A stretch of 64,000 nucleotides of DNA from a virus, in the IMG/VR virus record IMGVR_UViG_3300027752_001458, positions 45,676 through 109,675 of that record. One strand, written 5' to 3'. Each line of letters starts with the position of its first letter. Position 1 is the stretch's first letter. The notes under the pieces were generated by a model that saw only the letters and a program-made list of their open reading frames with translations, did no database searches and was not told the DNA's origin. Below are positions 1-8,089 of the stretch, piece after piece. Made by a program: the position numbers and the translations under genes.

Positions 1-225
1 TTCAATATTGAGGTTGTCTATTTGCACACCAGTAACACCGGTCTGTGCAATAACAACTGTACGTCCTGGCTCTGCGGCATACTGTCCTCTAAGCCACTCC
101 TCTTCACCGATCATGTACAACTTAAGATTGTAACTGGTGTTTTCGTAGTGGTCTAGTATGTTACCCATCACTGCGTCTAGGTATACATTTTCTATCGCTT
201 CTTTTTTATCTTTCGTTTTTGCCAT
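1..225 (-). CDS. 5' end of a probable baseplate hub protein (runs off the window)
   Basis: Own translation from ATG at 225: MAKTKDKKEAIENVYLDAVMGNILDHYENTSYNLKLY..., open to position 1; start overlaps the stop of the gp53-like gene; product inferred from context only. Confidence 0.5.
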   Translation of the reverse strand, partial: MAKTKDKKEAIENVYLDAVMGNILDHYENTSYNLKLYMIGEEEWLRGQYAAEPGRTVVIAQTGVTGVQIDNLNIE

Positions 226-521
226 TATCTGAGTCTGTCTATTGCATTAGTTGAAGGTATATAAATTTCTTTACCTGAAGTAAAATCTTCAAGCGGGTCC
301 ACTAACAAATCTGGATTTCTTAATGCAAACACCCACCACAGTTTCGTAGTGCCGAATAATTTATTAGACAACAGATCTGGTCTCTTGTCAAATTTACTTT
401 CAATAACATAGACCTGGTCAGCAGGCGATGATCCAATTTTTGGTAGCGTGTTAACATCTAAGTAAAACTTATTAACAGGCGCTCCTCGTAAGAAACTGTT
501 AGTGTCGTGGAAGGAAGCCAT
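225..521 (-). CDS. Baseplate wedge subunit, gp53-like
   Basis: RPDLLSxxLFGTTKLWWVFALRN motif typical of gp53/LysM-like wedge proteins. Confidence 0.75.
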   Translation of the reverse strand: MASFHDTNSFLRGAPVNKFYLDVNTLPKIGSSPADQVYVIESKFDKRPDLLSNKLFGTTKLWWVFALRNPDLLVDPLEDFTSGKEIYIPSTNAIDRLR

Positions 522-1276
522 TATACAAACCCTTTATTGAATTGTGCACCACTGGAAAAAGCATTTAAGTCAAACTGACTTCTTAGTTTCTTCTGTGTAT
601 ACTGCGGTACCATTTCGATCATGATGTCTGTCTCTGTGGGCATGTACGTTATTGTCTTGCCCTGTGTAGGGTGATTGTATTCAACTGGTACATAGTCCAC
701 GCCGTCCGGTAATTGTATGTTAAAACTTCTAATAATTACTGGCACTTTGTTGAATCCAAAATGACCCAAGTATTCAAAAATTAGTACAGGAGGTGGAGTA
801 CCATAGTACCCTTGCTCAACTGCTGAATCTCCGTAGTAACCTTTTGTCACACTCCTTAAAAAATGGAATATGGACAACAGGTACTGTGCTTCTTCTAGTG
901 TGTTTGCTGTAAACTGTCCTTGTACTGGCAATGTTGCAGGCTTACTATTAAGGTAAGTGTAAAACGGATAGTTAGATCCGTGTTGGCTATGCTCATCATA
1001 GTCCACTTGACCTTGTAAAAATATGTTTGGTGTATAAGGATACACAATTCCGCCACGTTCTTTCAGAGGACTTAATATACTAGGCTGGTCTTCGCCCTTA
1101 TGGTTCTTGGTACCATAGGCAATGTCTTCTCCGCCTTTCTTAGGTCGGATCCTAGCTCTCCAATCGAAATTACCTATATCTTTTCTGTTTGATGGTAATT
1201 CGTTTATGTTTAGTCCGATTCCCCCAGCCTTGCCTTGTCCTGCTGGTTCTCCGTCAATTAATATGTCATCTGCCAT
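521..1276 (-). CDS. Baseplate/tail-tube initiator-like protein (gp48/gp54-like)
   Basis: YPYTP, GTPPPVL, FNKVPV motifs; start moved to MADDILI (1276) because AGGAG lies just upstream; baseplate context. Confidence 0.6.
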   Translation of the reverse strand: MADDILIDGEPAGQGKAGGIGLNINELPSNRKDIGNFDWRARIRPKKGGEDIAYGTKNHKGEDQPSILSPLKERGGIVYPYTPNIFLQGQVDYDEHSQHGSNYPFYTYLNSKPATLPVQGQFTANTLEEAQYLLSIFHFLRSVTKGYYGDSAVEQGYYGTPPPVLIFEYLGHFGFNKVPVIIRSFNIQLPDGVDYVPVEYNHPTQGKTITYMPTETDIMIEMVPQYTQKKLRSQFDLNAFSSGAQFNKGFV

Positions 1277-1349
1277 TATATGCTCCTTGCTATTATTTAT
1301 CATAATAAATAAAAACGTATTTTAATTATCATAACCTTTAGAATAAACA

Positions 1350-1377
1350 TTGACATCGGTACATTTTAGTGTATAAT
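1350..1377 (+). promoter_or_regulatory. sigma70-type early promoter for gp55-47-46
   Basis: TTGACA-N16-TATAAT. Confidence 0.75.
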
Positions 1378-1412
1378 ACAATATAAACGAATTATAGTTT
1401 TGAGGAGACAAA

Positions 1413-2288
1413 ATGACTACAACAGGCAGAAAAGTTAATTATCTTAATAATAAAGATATTTTAAAAGAAATTCACAAGAGCAAGTTAAGTTACTGTTATG
1501 TAACTGATGACGACTACATCCAGCAAGACATTATCTTAACAGACGTGTCAGAAATTAACGCAGAAACAATTGAACAAGCAAAACTGAACAAAGCACATGT
1601 GCAGTCTAGGGCCGCATACGAACAAGCTATTAAAGAAGGGAAATGGGTTAAGAAGCCTAAGCAGAAAGAATTTGCTGTTGATCCTGAAAGTTTAGCTGTT
1701 GATGGGTTAGTGTTTAGAGTTATGGGATATGATCATATTCCGGATGAGCCAGGCAGGAAGAAGACTACAAAAACTGTTGCTGACACAAAAGCAAAAGTAA
1801 ACTTCCCTCCGTTCAAGCATTATATTTTAGATAGTGCTGGTGCTAATCCTAGAGAAGTTGTGCGTAGCCACTGGATAGGTGGACTACACAATGGACACTT
1901 TAGCGTTACCCACGGTAACATCAATAACGAGCTAGGCAAGATGTTTATGAAACTTGTTGAGCGTTACAGTCAGCGAGGTAACTGGAGAGGTTACACTTAT
2001 GTTGATGAGATGCGTGGACAAGCATTAGTGCAACTTGCACAAATTGGCTTACAGTTTAACGAAGCAAAATCAGACAACCCGTTTGCATATTATACGGCTA
2101 CTGTTAATAATAGTTTTACTAGAGTACTGAACTTAGAGAAACGAAATCAAACTATCAGAGATGATATTTTAATCGAGCAGGGACATTTACCCAGTTACGG
2201 CAGACAGATTGCACATGAAAACTCGCTAAGAGAAATGCGAGCAAGTGCAGAAGCAGAATTGGAAAACTCCGGCAACGCAACTAAGTAG
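1413..2288 (+). CDS. gp55: Late-transcription sigma factor
   Basis: NYLNNK, NWRGYTYVDEM, FNEAKSDNPFAYYT motifs; upstream of gp47/gp46. Confidence 0.88.
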   Translation: MTTTGRKVNYLNNKDILKEIHKSKLSYCYVTDDDYIQQDIILTDVSEINAETIEQAKLNKAHVQSRAAYEQAIKEGKWVKKPKQKEFAVDPESLAVDGLVFRVMGYDHIPDEPGRKKTTKTVADTKAKVNFPPFKHYILDSAGANPREVVRSHWIGGLHNGHFSVTHGNINNELGKMFMKLVERYSQRGNWRGYTYVDEMRGQALVQLAQIGLQFNEAKSDNPFAYYTATVNNSFTRVLNLEKRNQTIRDDILIEQGHLPSYGRQIAHENSLREMRASAEAELENSGNATK

Positions 2289-2296
2289 GGACTCAT

Positions 2297-3316
2297 ATGG
2301 CAAACCTTTTTGAAAGGGCCGCATGTTTTACAGATATACATTACGGCTTAAAACAAAACAGTAGACAGCATCTTAAAGACTGTCACAATTTTATAGATTG
2401 GTTTATAGCAGAAGCAAAGGCTCGAGATTGTGAGACTTGCTTCTTCTTAGGCGACTGGCATCATCACAGAGCAAGTATTAATATTGCTACGATGAATGCT
2501 ACTATTAAAGATCTTAAAAAGCTGAACGACAACTTTAGCAAAGTTTACTTTATAACTGGTAATCACGATTTGTACTATAGAGAGAAACGTGATCTTAACA
2601 GTGTAGAATTTGCTAGGGATTTAGAAAACTTTGTTATGGTAGACGAACACTTCTTGCAAGACGGTGTTGCTATTATTCCATGGCTAGTCGGTGACGAACA
2701 TAAACTGTTAAACAAAGTAGATTGCAAGTACATGTTTGGGCATTTTGAGTTACCATACTTTAAAATGAATGCAATGGTAGAGATGCCAGACCATGGTGGT
2801 ATCACAGCAAAAGACTTGTCTAATCCAGAATATGTATTCAGTGGTCACTTCCACAAGCGACAATACAAAGGCAATATCCATTATATGGGTAATGCGTTCC
2901 CGCACAACTATGCTGATGCACAAGATAACGAGCGTGGTGCTATGTTCCTCGAATGGGACCAAGAGCCACAATATGTTAATTGGGCAGAATGTCCTAAGTA
3001 TGTTACTATGGGACTTAGAGAATTACTAGAAGCACCTGAGAAATTCTTAGACGAGAATACACATGCTAGGATTAAATTAGACGTTGCTATTAGTTACGAA
3101 GAGGCAAACTTTATAAGAGAAACATTTGCTGAAAAGTTTAGTGTTAGAGAACTACAACTTATTGTCGTAAAAGAAGAAGACGAAGTTTTCGATGGAGAAG
3201 AAATTAATTTTGAGAGTGTTGACCAAATTGTAATTAGTCAATTGGAAACAATCGAAAGTCAATTGGTAGAAACACATCGACTAATTGAAATTTATAGGAA
3301 TATTGAAATTGCTTAA
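2297..3316 (+). CDS. gp47: Recombination endonuclease (Mre11/SbcD-like)
   Basis: Metallophosphoesterase motifs TDIH, GD, GNHD, GHF, SGHFH. Confidence 0.92.
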   Translation: MANLFERAACFTDIHYGLKQNSRQHLKDCHNFIDWFIAEAKARDCETCFFLGDWHHHRASINIATMNATIKDLKKLNDNFSKVYFITGNHDLYYREKRDLNSVEFARDLENFVMVDEHFLQDGVAIIPWLVGDEHKLLNKVDCKYMFGHFELPYFKMNAMVEMPDHGGITAKDLSNPEYVFSGHFHKRQYKGNIHYMGNAFPHNYADAQDNERGAMFLEWDQEPQYVNWAECPKYVTMGLRELLEAPEKFLDENTHARIKLDVAISYEEANFIRETFAEKFSVRELQLIVVKEEDEVFDGEEINFESVDQIVISQLETIESQLVETHRLIEIYRNIEIA

Positions 3317-5084
3317 AATTAAAAATGTAACAGCCAAGAACTTTATGAGTGTAGGTAACAACTTGCAAGCCGTAACGTTCGATACTGATTCATTGACATT
3401 AGTGTTAGGTCATAACTTAGACCTAGGTGGCGATGGTAGTAGGAACGGTACAGGTAAGACTACTATTATTAACGCACTCAGCTATGCACTTTACGGCGAG
3501 GCACTGACTAACATCAGAAAAGATAATCTTATTAATAAGACAAATGGTAAAGGAATGATTACCACTGTTGACTTTGAGATTAAAGGAACTGAGTATAGAA
3601 TTGAACGTGGTCGAAGACCTAACGTGTTAAAGTTCTATATCGATGGTAACGAATCGGCTGACAACGAACAGCAAGGTGATATGCGTGAAACTCAAAAAGA
3701 CATCGAGCGTGTCATTGGGTTCCCACATAATATGTTTAAGCATTTAATTGCATTAAACACATACACTGAACCGTTCCTCAGTATGAAAACAAATGACCAA
3801 CGAGACATGATTGAACAGTTGTTGGGCATTACTGAAATTAGTTCTAAGGCAGAAGTGCTAAAGGAATTACTCAAGTCTACTAAAGACAGTATTAAAGACG
3901 AAGAGTCTAGGATACATGCAGTACAGAATGCTAACAAACGTATCGAGTCCAGTATTAAAGACATCGAAAGTCGGAGTAAGGCTTGGGGCAGACTCAAAGG
4001 AGATAAAGTTCATGGATTGCAAACTAGTTTAGATACATTAGAACACACTGACATTAAAGCAGAGCTAGACTGTCACAGAAAGATTGTGGATATTAATGAA
4101 AAACAAGCAAAGCTAACGGCACTTAAAACAGACTTGACCACAAGAACAACGTCAATGAATCGAAGTGACAATAAACTTACTACCTTAGAAGCTAACTTAA
4201 CAAAAGCACTCGAAGGTGTATGTCCTACATGCGAGCAAGGTACTGCACATTTAAGCACACATGAAAAGTATACTGATGATTTGAGTGAAGAGATTAAAGA
4301 AGAGCAACGGTACAATGTTGAGCTAGTTGATAAAATTAGAGAGATTACTTCTACTATTAAAACACTTGGCAATATTCCTGAGACGCCTATTACGTTTTAT
4401 AACAAAATGGAAGATGCGTTACAGCACAAACATAATGTTGAAACGTTACAGGCACAAATTGAAGAAAAGATTAAAGAAGAAAATCCGTATGTCGAGCAAG
4501 TAGATCAACTTAGAACATCGGGTATCGAAGAAGTAAGTTATGAATCAATAAACGATTTCACTAGTTTAAAAGAACACCAAGAGTTCTTGCATAAACTATT
4601 AACCAGTAAAGACAGTTTTATTCGTAAAAAGATTATTGACCAAAACTTACAATACTTAAACTACCGACTGAACTACTATTTAGAAAAGTTGGGCTTACCA
4701 CACGATGTTAAATTTAACAGTGACTTAACTGTTGATATTACAGAGTACGGTAGAGACTTAGACTTTGATAATTTAAGTAGGGGCGAACGTAACAGACTTA
4801 TACTAGGTATGAGTTGGGCGTTTAGAGACATTTACGAAAGTCTTAACCAGCCTATGAACTTGATGTGTATCGACGAACTAGTAGATAGTGGCATGGACAC
4901 AACAGGTGTCGAGAATGCACTAGCAGTTCTTAAGAAGATGGGCCGAGAGTCAAACAAGAATGTATTCCTTATTTCGCACAAAGAAGAATTACAAGGGCGT
5001 GTTAACAATGTCTTGTATGTTGTTAAAGAAGGAGGATTCACTAGTTACAGTAATGACATAGAAATCCTTGATGAGAATACGTGA
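3285..5084 (+). CDS. gp46: Recombination ATPase (Rad50/SbcC-like)
   Basis: Walker A NGTGKTT, CPTC zinc hook, LSRGE signature, IDE Walker B, ISH; true start may be TTG at 3309. Confidence 0.92.
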   Translation: MKFIGILKLLKIKNVTAKNFMSVGNNLQAVTFDTDSLTLVLGHNLDLGGDGSRNGTGKTTIINALSYALYGEALTNIRKDNLINKTNGKGMITTVDFEIKGTEYRIERGRRPNVLKFYIDGNESADNEQQGDMRETQKDIERVIGFPHNMFKHLIALNTYTEPFLSMKTNDQRDMIEQLLGITEISSKAEVLKELLKSTKDSIKDEESRIHAVQNANKRIESSIKDIESRSKAWGRLKGDKVHGLQTSLDTLEHTDIKAELDCHRKIVDINEKQAKLTALKTDLTTRTTSMNRSDNKLTTLEANLTKALEGVCPTCEQGTAHLSTHEKYTDDLSEEIKEEQRYNVELVDKIREITSTIKTLGNIPETPITFYNKMEDALQHKHNVETLQAQIEEKIKEENPYVEQVDQLRTSGIEEVSYESINDFTSLKEHQEFLHKLLTSKDSFIRKKIIDQNLQYLNYRLNYYLEKLGLPHDVKFNSDLTVDITEYGRDLDFDNLSRGERNRLILGMSWAFRDIYESLNQPMNLMCIDELVDSGMDTTGVENALAVLKKMGRESNKNVFLISHKEELQGRVNNVLYVVKEGGFTSYSNDIEILDENT

Positions 5085-5506
5085 GCCAGTGGACATATAA
5101 AGGTAAACAAGTAGACGAGCTACCGACAGACTGCGAAGCATTTGTTTACCTAATCACAAACTTAACTAGCGATAAGAAGTACGTTGGTAAAAAGTTAGCA
5201 AAGTTCAAAACAACCAAGCCTCCCTTAAAGGGAAAGAAGAATAAACGCCGTGGCACTAAAGAAAGTGACTGGCGTACATATTGGGGCAGTTCGGATCACT
5301 TAAATGCTGATGTGTTAGAGCTAGGCGAAGATAAGTTTACAAGAGAAATATTGCATTATTGCCCAACTAGAGGCATAGCAAGTTACATCGAAGCAGAAGA
5401 ACAATTTAATCGAAATGTTCTCTTGACAGATGAGTATTATAATGGTATAATAAACGTCAGAGTAGGCGGTTCAAAAATACTAAAGGAACATTTTGGAAAG
5501 ACATAA
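5081..5506 (+). CDS. Small GIY-YIG family endonuclease (Seg-like catalytic domain only)
   Basis: AFVYLITN...KYVGKK, YWGSS, E, YYN motifs. Confidence 0.8.
   Translation: MSQWTYKGKQVDELPTDCEAFVYLITNLTSDKKYVGKKLAKFKTTKPPLKGKKNKRRGTKESDWRTYWGSSDHLNADVLELGEDKFTREILHYCPTRGIASYIEAEEQFNRNVLLTDEYYNGIINVRVGGSKILKEHFGKT
5423..5451 (+). promoter_or_regulatory. Consensus sigma70 promoter inside the GIY-YIG gene, facing the non-coding region
   Basis: TTGACA(5423-5428)-N17-TATAAT(5446-5451) with extended -10 TG. Confidence 0.6.
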
Positions 5507-6029
5507 CTATATATTGAACATGGCACACACCGACACCCAGTCTCGCTAATAAAAACGATCCCAGACACAAAGTCAAACTAATAAAGTACAACACATAGGA
5601 CTATGCACCAGCCCCAACCGAGGCCAATATCGGACTCTTCGACAAACCTGAACAAGGTGCGAGAATTAGAGATGCATAGCGGTAAAGATACGACACATAC
5701 GAAAAACTGTATTAGAAGGATGTAGGCACTGAGAAAAAGCAACCTACAAGTTTGTATAACTAAACTCTACAAGGTTATACAAATTTCCGTGAGATGAGAC
5801 GGTAGTGTATGGGGACAGAAAGCTCACTGGTTCCTTTAAGCACCCGAGTTAGAGATGATGATGGCTCATATGATGACAATATGACCGAACAGCTTCTCCT
5901 TGCAATAGGAGAAGTATGACTCCAACTATATGATAACTTTAAATTACTTCTTTAATTTAAAAAAGTTACTTCAAGAACTGAAATGAATGAAATGATTGAA
6001 GTTAGTAGAAGTAAAGATACGAAGTATCT
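5507..6029 (+). ncRNA. Putative large structured ncRNA and/or replication origin
   Basis: ORF-free ~520 nt with many stems: 5601-07/5673-79, 5721-26/5743-48, 5751-60/5774-83, 5787-90/5799-5802, 5866-71/5879-84, 5893-5900/5907-14, 5944-51/6007-14, 5968-74/5996-6002, 6015-20/6024-29. Confidence 0.55.
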
Positions 6030-6546
6030 ATAAAGTATTAAACAATTCAACAGTATCTCTGTAAGACAAACGTAAATTAACTGTATACAAATAAAAGTCT
6101 TTGTTTAATGAATGTAATGAAGCTCCATGGAATTTAGTTACGTCTAGTATACACACTTCACCTGGATGTAACATTTTATTGTGTTCTGAGTCTTTATGTA
6201 TTATTTCAATTGGAACATCTTCTAAGTTAAACATTATATTAGTTTTTCTTGTTAGAGGGTTCTTCCATCCCATTAACCAATCCTGATGTAGTTTCACCAT
6301 TGTACCTTGCTTAACAGTTTCTATTGCTACACTATGCTCCGCAATGTCTAACGGCAACGGAGTAGCGTCTATTATTTGTTGTTGTAGGCTTTGAGGCATG
6401 TCGCGGAGTAAAAAAATGTGCTGATCCATTTCAGCACGGTCTTCTACTAAATGAAACTCACTAGCCTCTTTGAACTGCGTTATAGGTTCAACAAGTTGTC
6501 GCATTGCGTCAACATCATAGTCCCACTTTAAAATTGTGCTATACAT
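6028..6546 (-). CDS. Putative 2OG-Fe(II) oxygenase/cupin-fold protein
   Basis: HQD...LDVTKFHG (HxD...H) pattern. Confidence 0.55.
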   Translation of the reverse strand: MYSTILKWDYDVDAMRQLVEPITQFKEASEFHLVEDRAEMDQHIFLLRDMPQSLQQQIIDATPLPLDIAEHSVAIETVKQGTMVKLHQDWLMGWKNPLTRKTNIMFNLEDVPIEIIHKDSEHNKMLHPGEVCILDVTKFHGASLHSLNKDFYLYTVNLRLSYRDTVELFNTL

Positions 6547-6977
6547 TCGCTGTAGAACATCCTATTATTGACTGTTACAAACTCAGCTTTGAAGGGATTT
6601 TCGCGGTTATCACACCCATGTTCTTTAGTAGTATCTATTATAAAGAACTCGCCTACTTGTATAGTGTGGTCTTCTATTACACCATTATTAGTGTGCTGTA
6701 CTGTAGCAGGCCCCTCTCCCACGTTAATCAGTATATTACTGTTTCTCCCACCGATATCTATGTGCAAGTGCAGTTGATCATGTTCCATAATATACTCTAA
6801 TCCCACGTGGTGTAACGGCTCAATATGGTACTTTTCGATGAAGTCAGCAGGCATCCTGCTCCATAACTGCTGGGCAGAATACAGCTTTTGGCGAATCTTC
6901 CTAAGCTGTACTACGCTACTCAGCATCTTGTCTGTACGCAAAAACTCGAGGAATTGCTTAAATTCTATACTTTCCAT
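6528..6977 (-). CDS. Putative 2OG-Fe(II) oxygenase/cupin-fold protein
   Basis: HID...IDTTKEHG pattern; TAAATA-N5-ATG late promoter. Confidence 0.55.
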   Translation of the reverse strand: MESIEFKQFLEFLRTDKMLSSVVQLRKIRQKLYSAQQLWSRMPADFIEKYHIEPLHHVGLEYIMEHDQLHLHIDIGGRNSNILINVGEGPATVQHTNNGVIEDHTIQVGEFFIIDTTKEHGCDNRENPFKAEFVTVNNRMFYSECIAQF

Positions 6978-7021
6978 ACCAGTATTTACCTAATTAGGAG
7001 CCAGAAAGAATGGTAAAAAGG

Positions 7022-7050
7022 TTGACTTTGGTACTAGATACCAGTATAAT
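7022..7050 (+). promoter_or_regulatory. sigma70-type early promoter
   Basis: TTGACT-N17-TATAAT. Confidence 0.75.
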
Positions 7051-7083
7051 ACATGTATATTAAGCAAATAAGGAAAGAGAACT

Positions 7084-7551
7084 ATGTACAATATATACCA
7101 AATCAAACTAAGCGAAGCAGTATACAACTTTGTTAACGGTCCAGAAGGCGGACACACAAAGACTGCTGAAAAGTACCCAGAGTACAACACTCATATGGAA
7201 GTAATGCACAAGGGTTCAAAAGGATATACTCCTGAGATGTTTGCACATTACACTAAGGTTTGTGAGGTTGCTAACTTTGAACCTTCAGATCAAATTCTAG
7301 AAGAAGTGTTTAAAATCTTAAACGGTTACTACTTCGATGAAGAGACTGAGACAGACGAGACATTTGATGCTTTCGTTAGTGGTTTTAAAATGAAGACAGT
7401 CACTCGCAAGAACGGTGAAGTTGTAACTTTCAGAGACATGCATTCACTATCACTTGGTGACATTGTTGAAGACACTTCAACTGGTGAGTTCCACATGGTA
7501 GACGGCATGGGCTTTAAGCAAATTCAAACTAAAATAGCGGAGTTAGTGTAA
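7084..7551 (+). CDS. YodL-like domain protein
   Basis: N-terminal YxIYQI and C-terminal MHSLSLGDIV...VDGMGF motifs. Confidence 0.6.
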   Translation: MYNIYQIKLSEAVYNFVNGPEGGHTKTAEKYPEYNTHMEVMHKGSKGYTPEMFAHYTKVCEVANFEPSDQILEEVFKILNGYYFDEETETDETFDAFVSGFKMKTVTRKNGEVVTFRDMHSLSLGDIVEDTSTGEFHMVDGMGFKQIQTKIAELV

Positions 7552-7782
7552 ATGGCTGTTAAGACTAAAAAGTATGTGCGTATTGATTCATACAACGACT
7601 TGTTAATGCCACTTGAGGTGTTTGAGCGTGTTGCTGATCAAATTATGTTTGTGCGAACTGTATACGAAGACGGTGCAACACACCTTTCTGAGATAACTGA
7701 AATTGATAAGTTTCACTTGCACACTCCTGCAGAAGTTGAAAATTTACTGATGCACGACAAGTTGAGTAAATCGAATGATTGA
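7552..7782 (+). CDS. Hypothetical protein
   Basis: GGAG RBS, tightly packed in the operon. Confidence 0.65.
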   Translation: MAVKTKKYVRIDSYNDLLMPLEVFERVADQIMFVRTVYEDGATHLSEITEIDKFHLHTPAEVENLLMHDKLSKSND

Positions 7783-8089
7783 TATATTACAAGAAGTAAC
7801 AGACTGGGGCAAGTACTCAGTTAACAACGGCATTTATCATGTGAACGGTGCAGGACAGTTAGTTGCATATAAGCCATCAGATGATGCTGAACTTAAAACG
7901 TTTATTAACCCATTAAAGCAGTTTAGCAAAAGTAGACGTAAGTTTGTTAAGCTCGGGCAAGTAGAAGAGCAGTTAGCAGATGACGTTATTGTTGTACAAG
8001 GCAGTAACGGAAAAACTTACACAATCCAAGATGGCAAATGTAGTTGCCCTGGTTACACTTACAGAGGAGATTGTAAACATGTTAAATAA
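7775..8089 (+). CDS. SWIM zinc-finger protein
   Basis: C-terminal CSCPGYTYRGDCKH. Confidence 0.7.
   Translation: MIDILQEVTDWGKYSVNNGIYHVNGAGQLVAYKPSDDAELKTFINPLKQFSKSRRKFVKLGQVEEQLADDVIVVQGSNGKTYTIQDGKCSCPGYTYRGDCKHVK

Noticed and set aside
5507-6029. Group I intron, RNase P RNA, tmRNA or TIGR array
   Set aside because: No interrupted gene or recognisable core motifs; TGATGA/TATGA words at 5855-5933 are not regularly periodic; an Rfam search is still needed
7980-8078. Upstream start for the FG-GAP protein
   Set aside because: Overlaps the SWIM gene; ATG 8079 has AGGAG and begins a signal peptide
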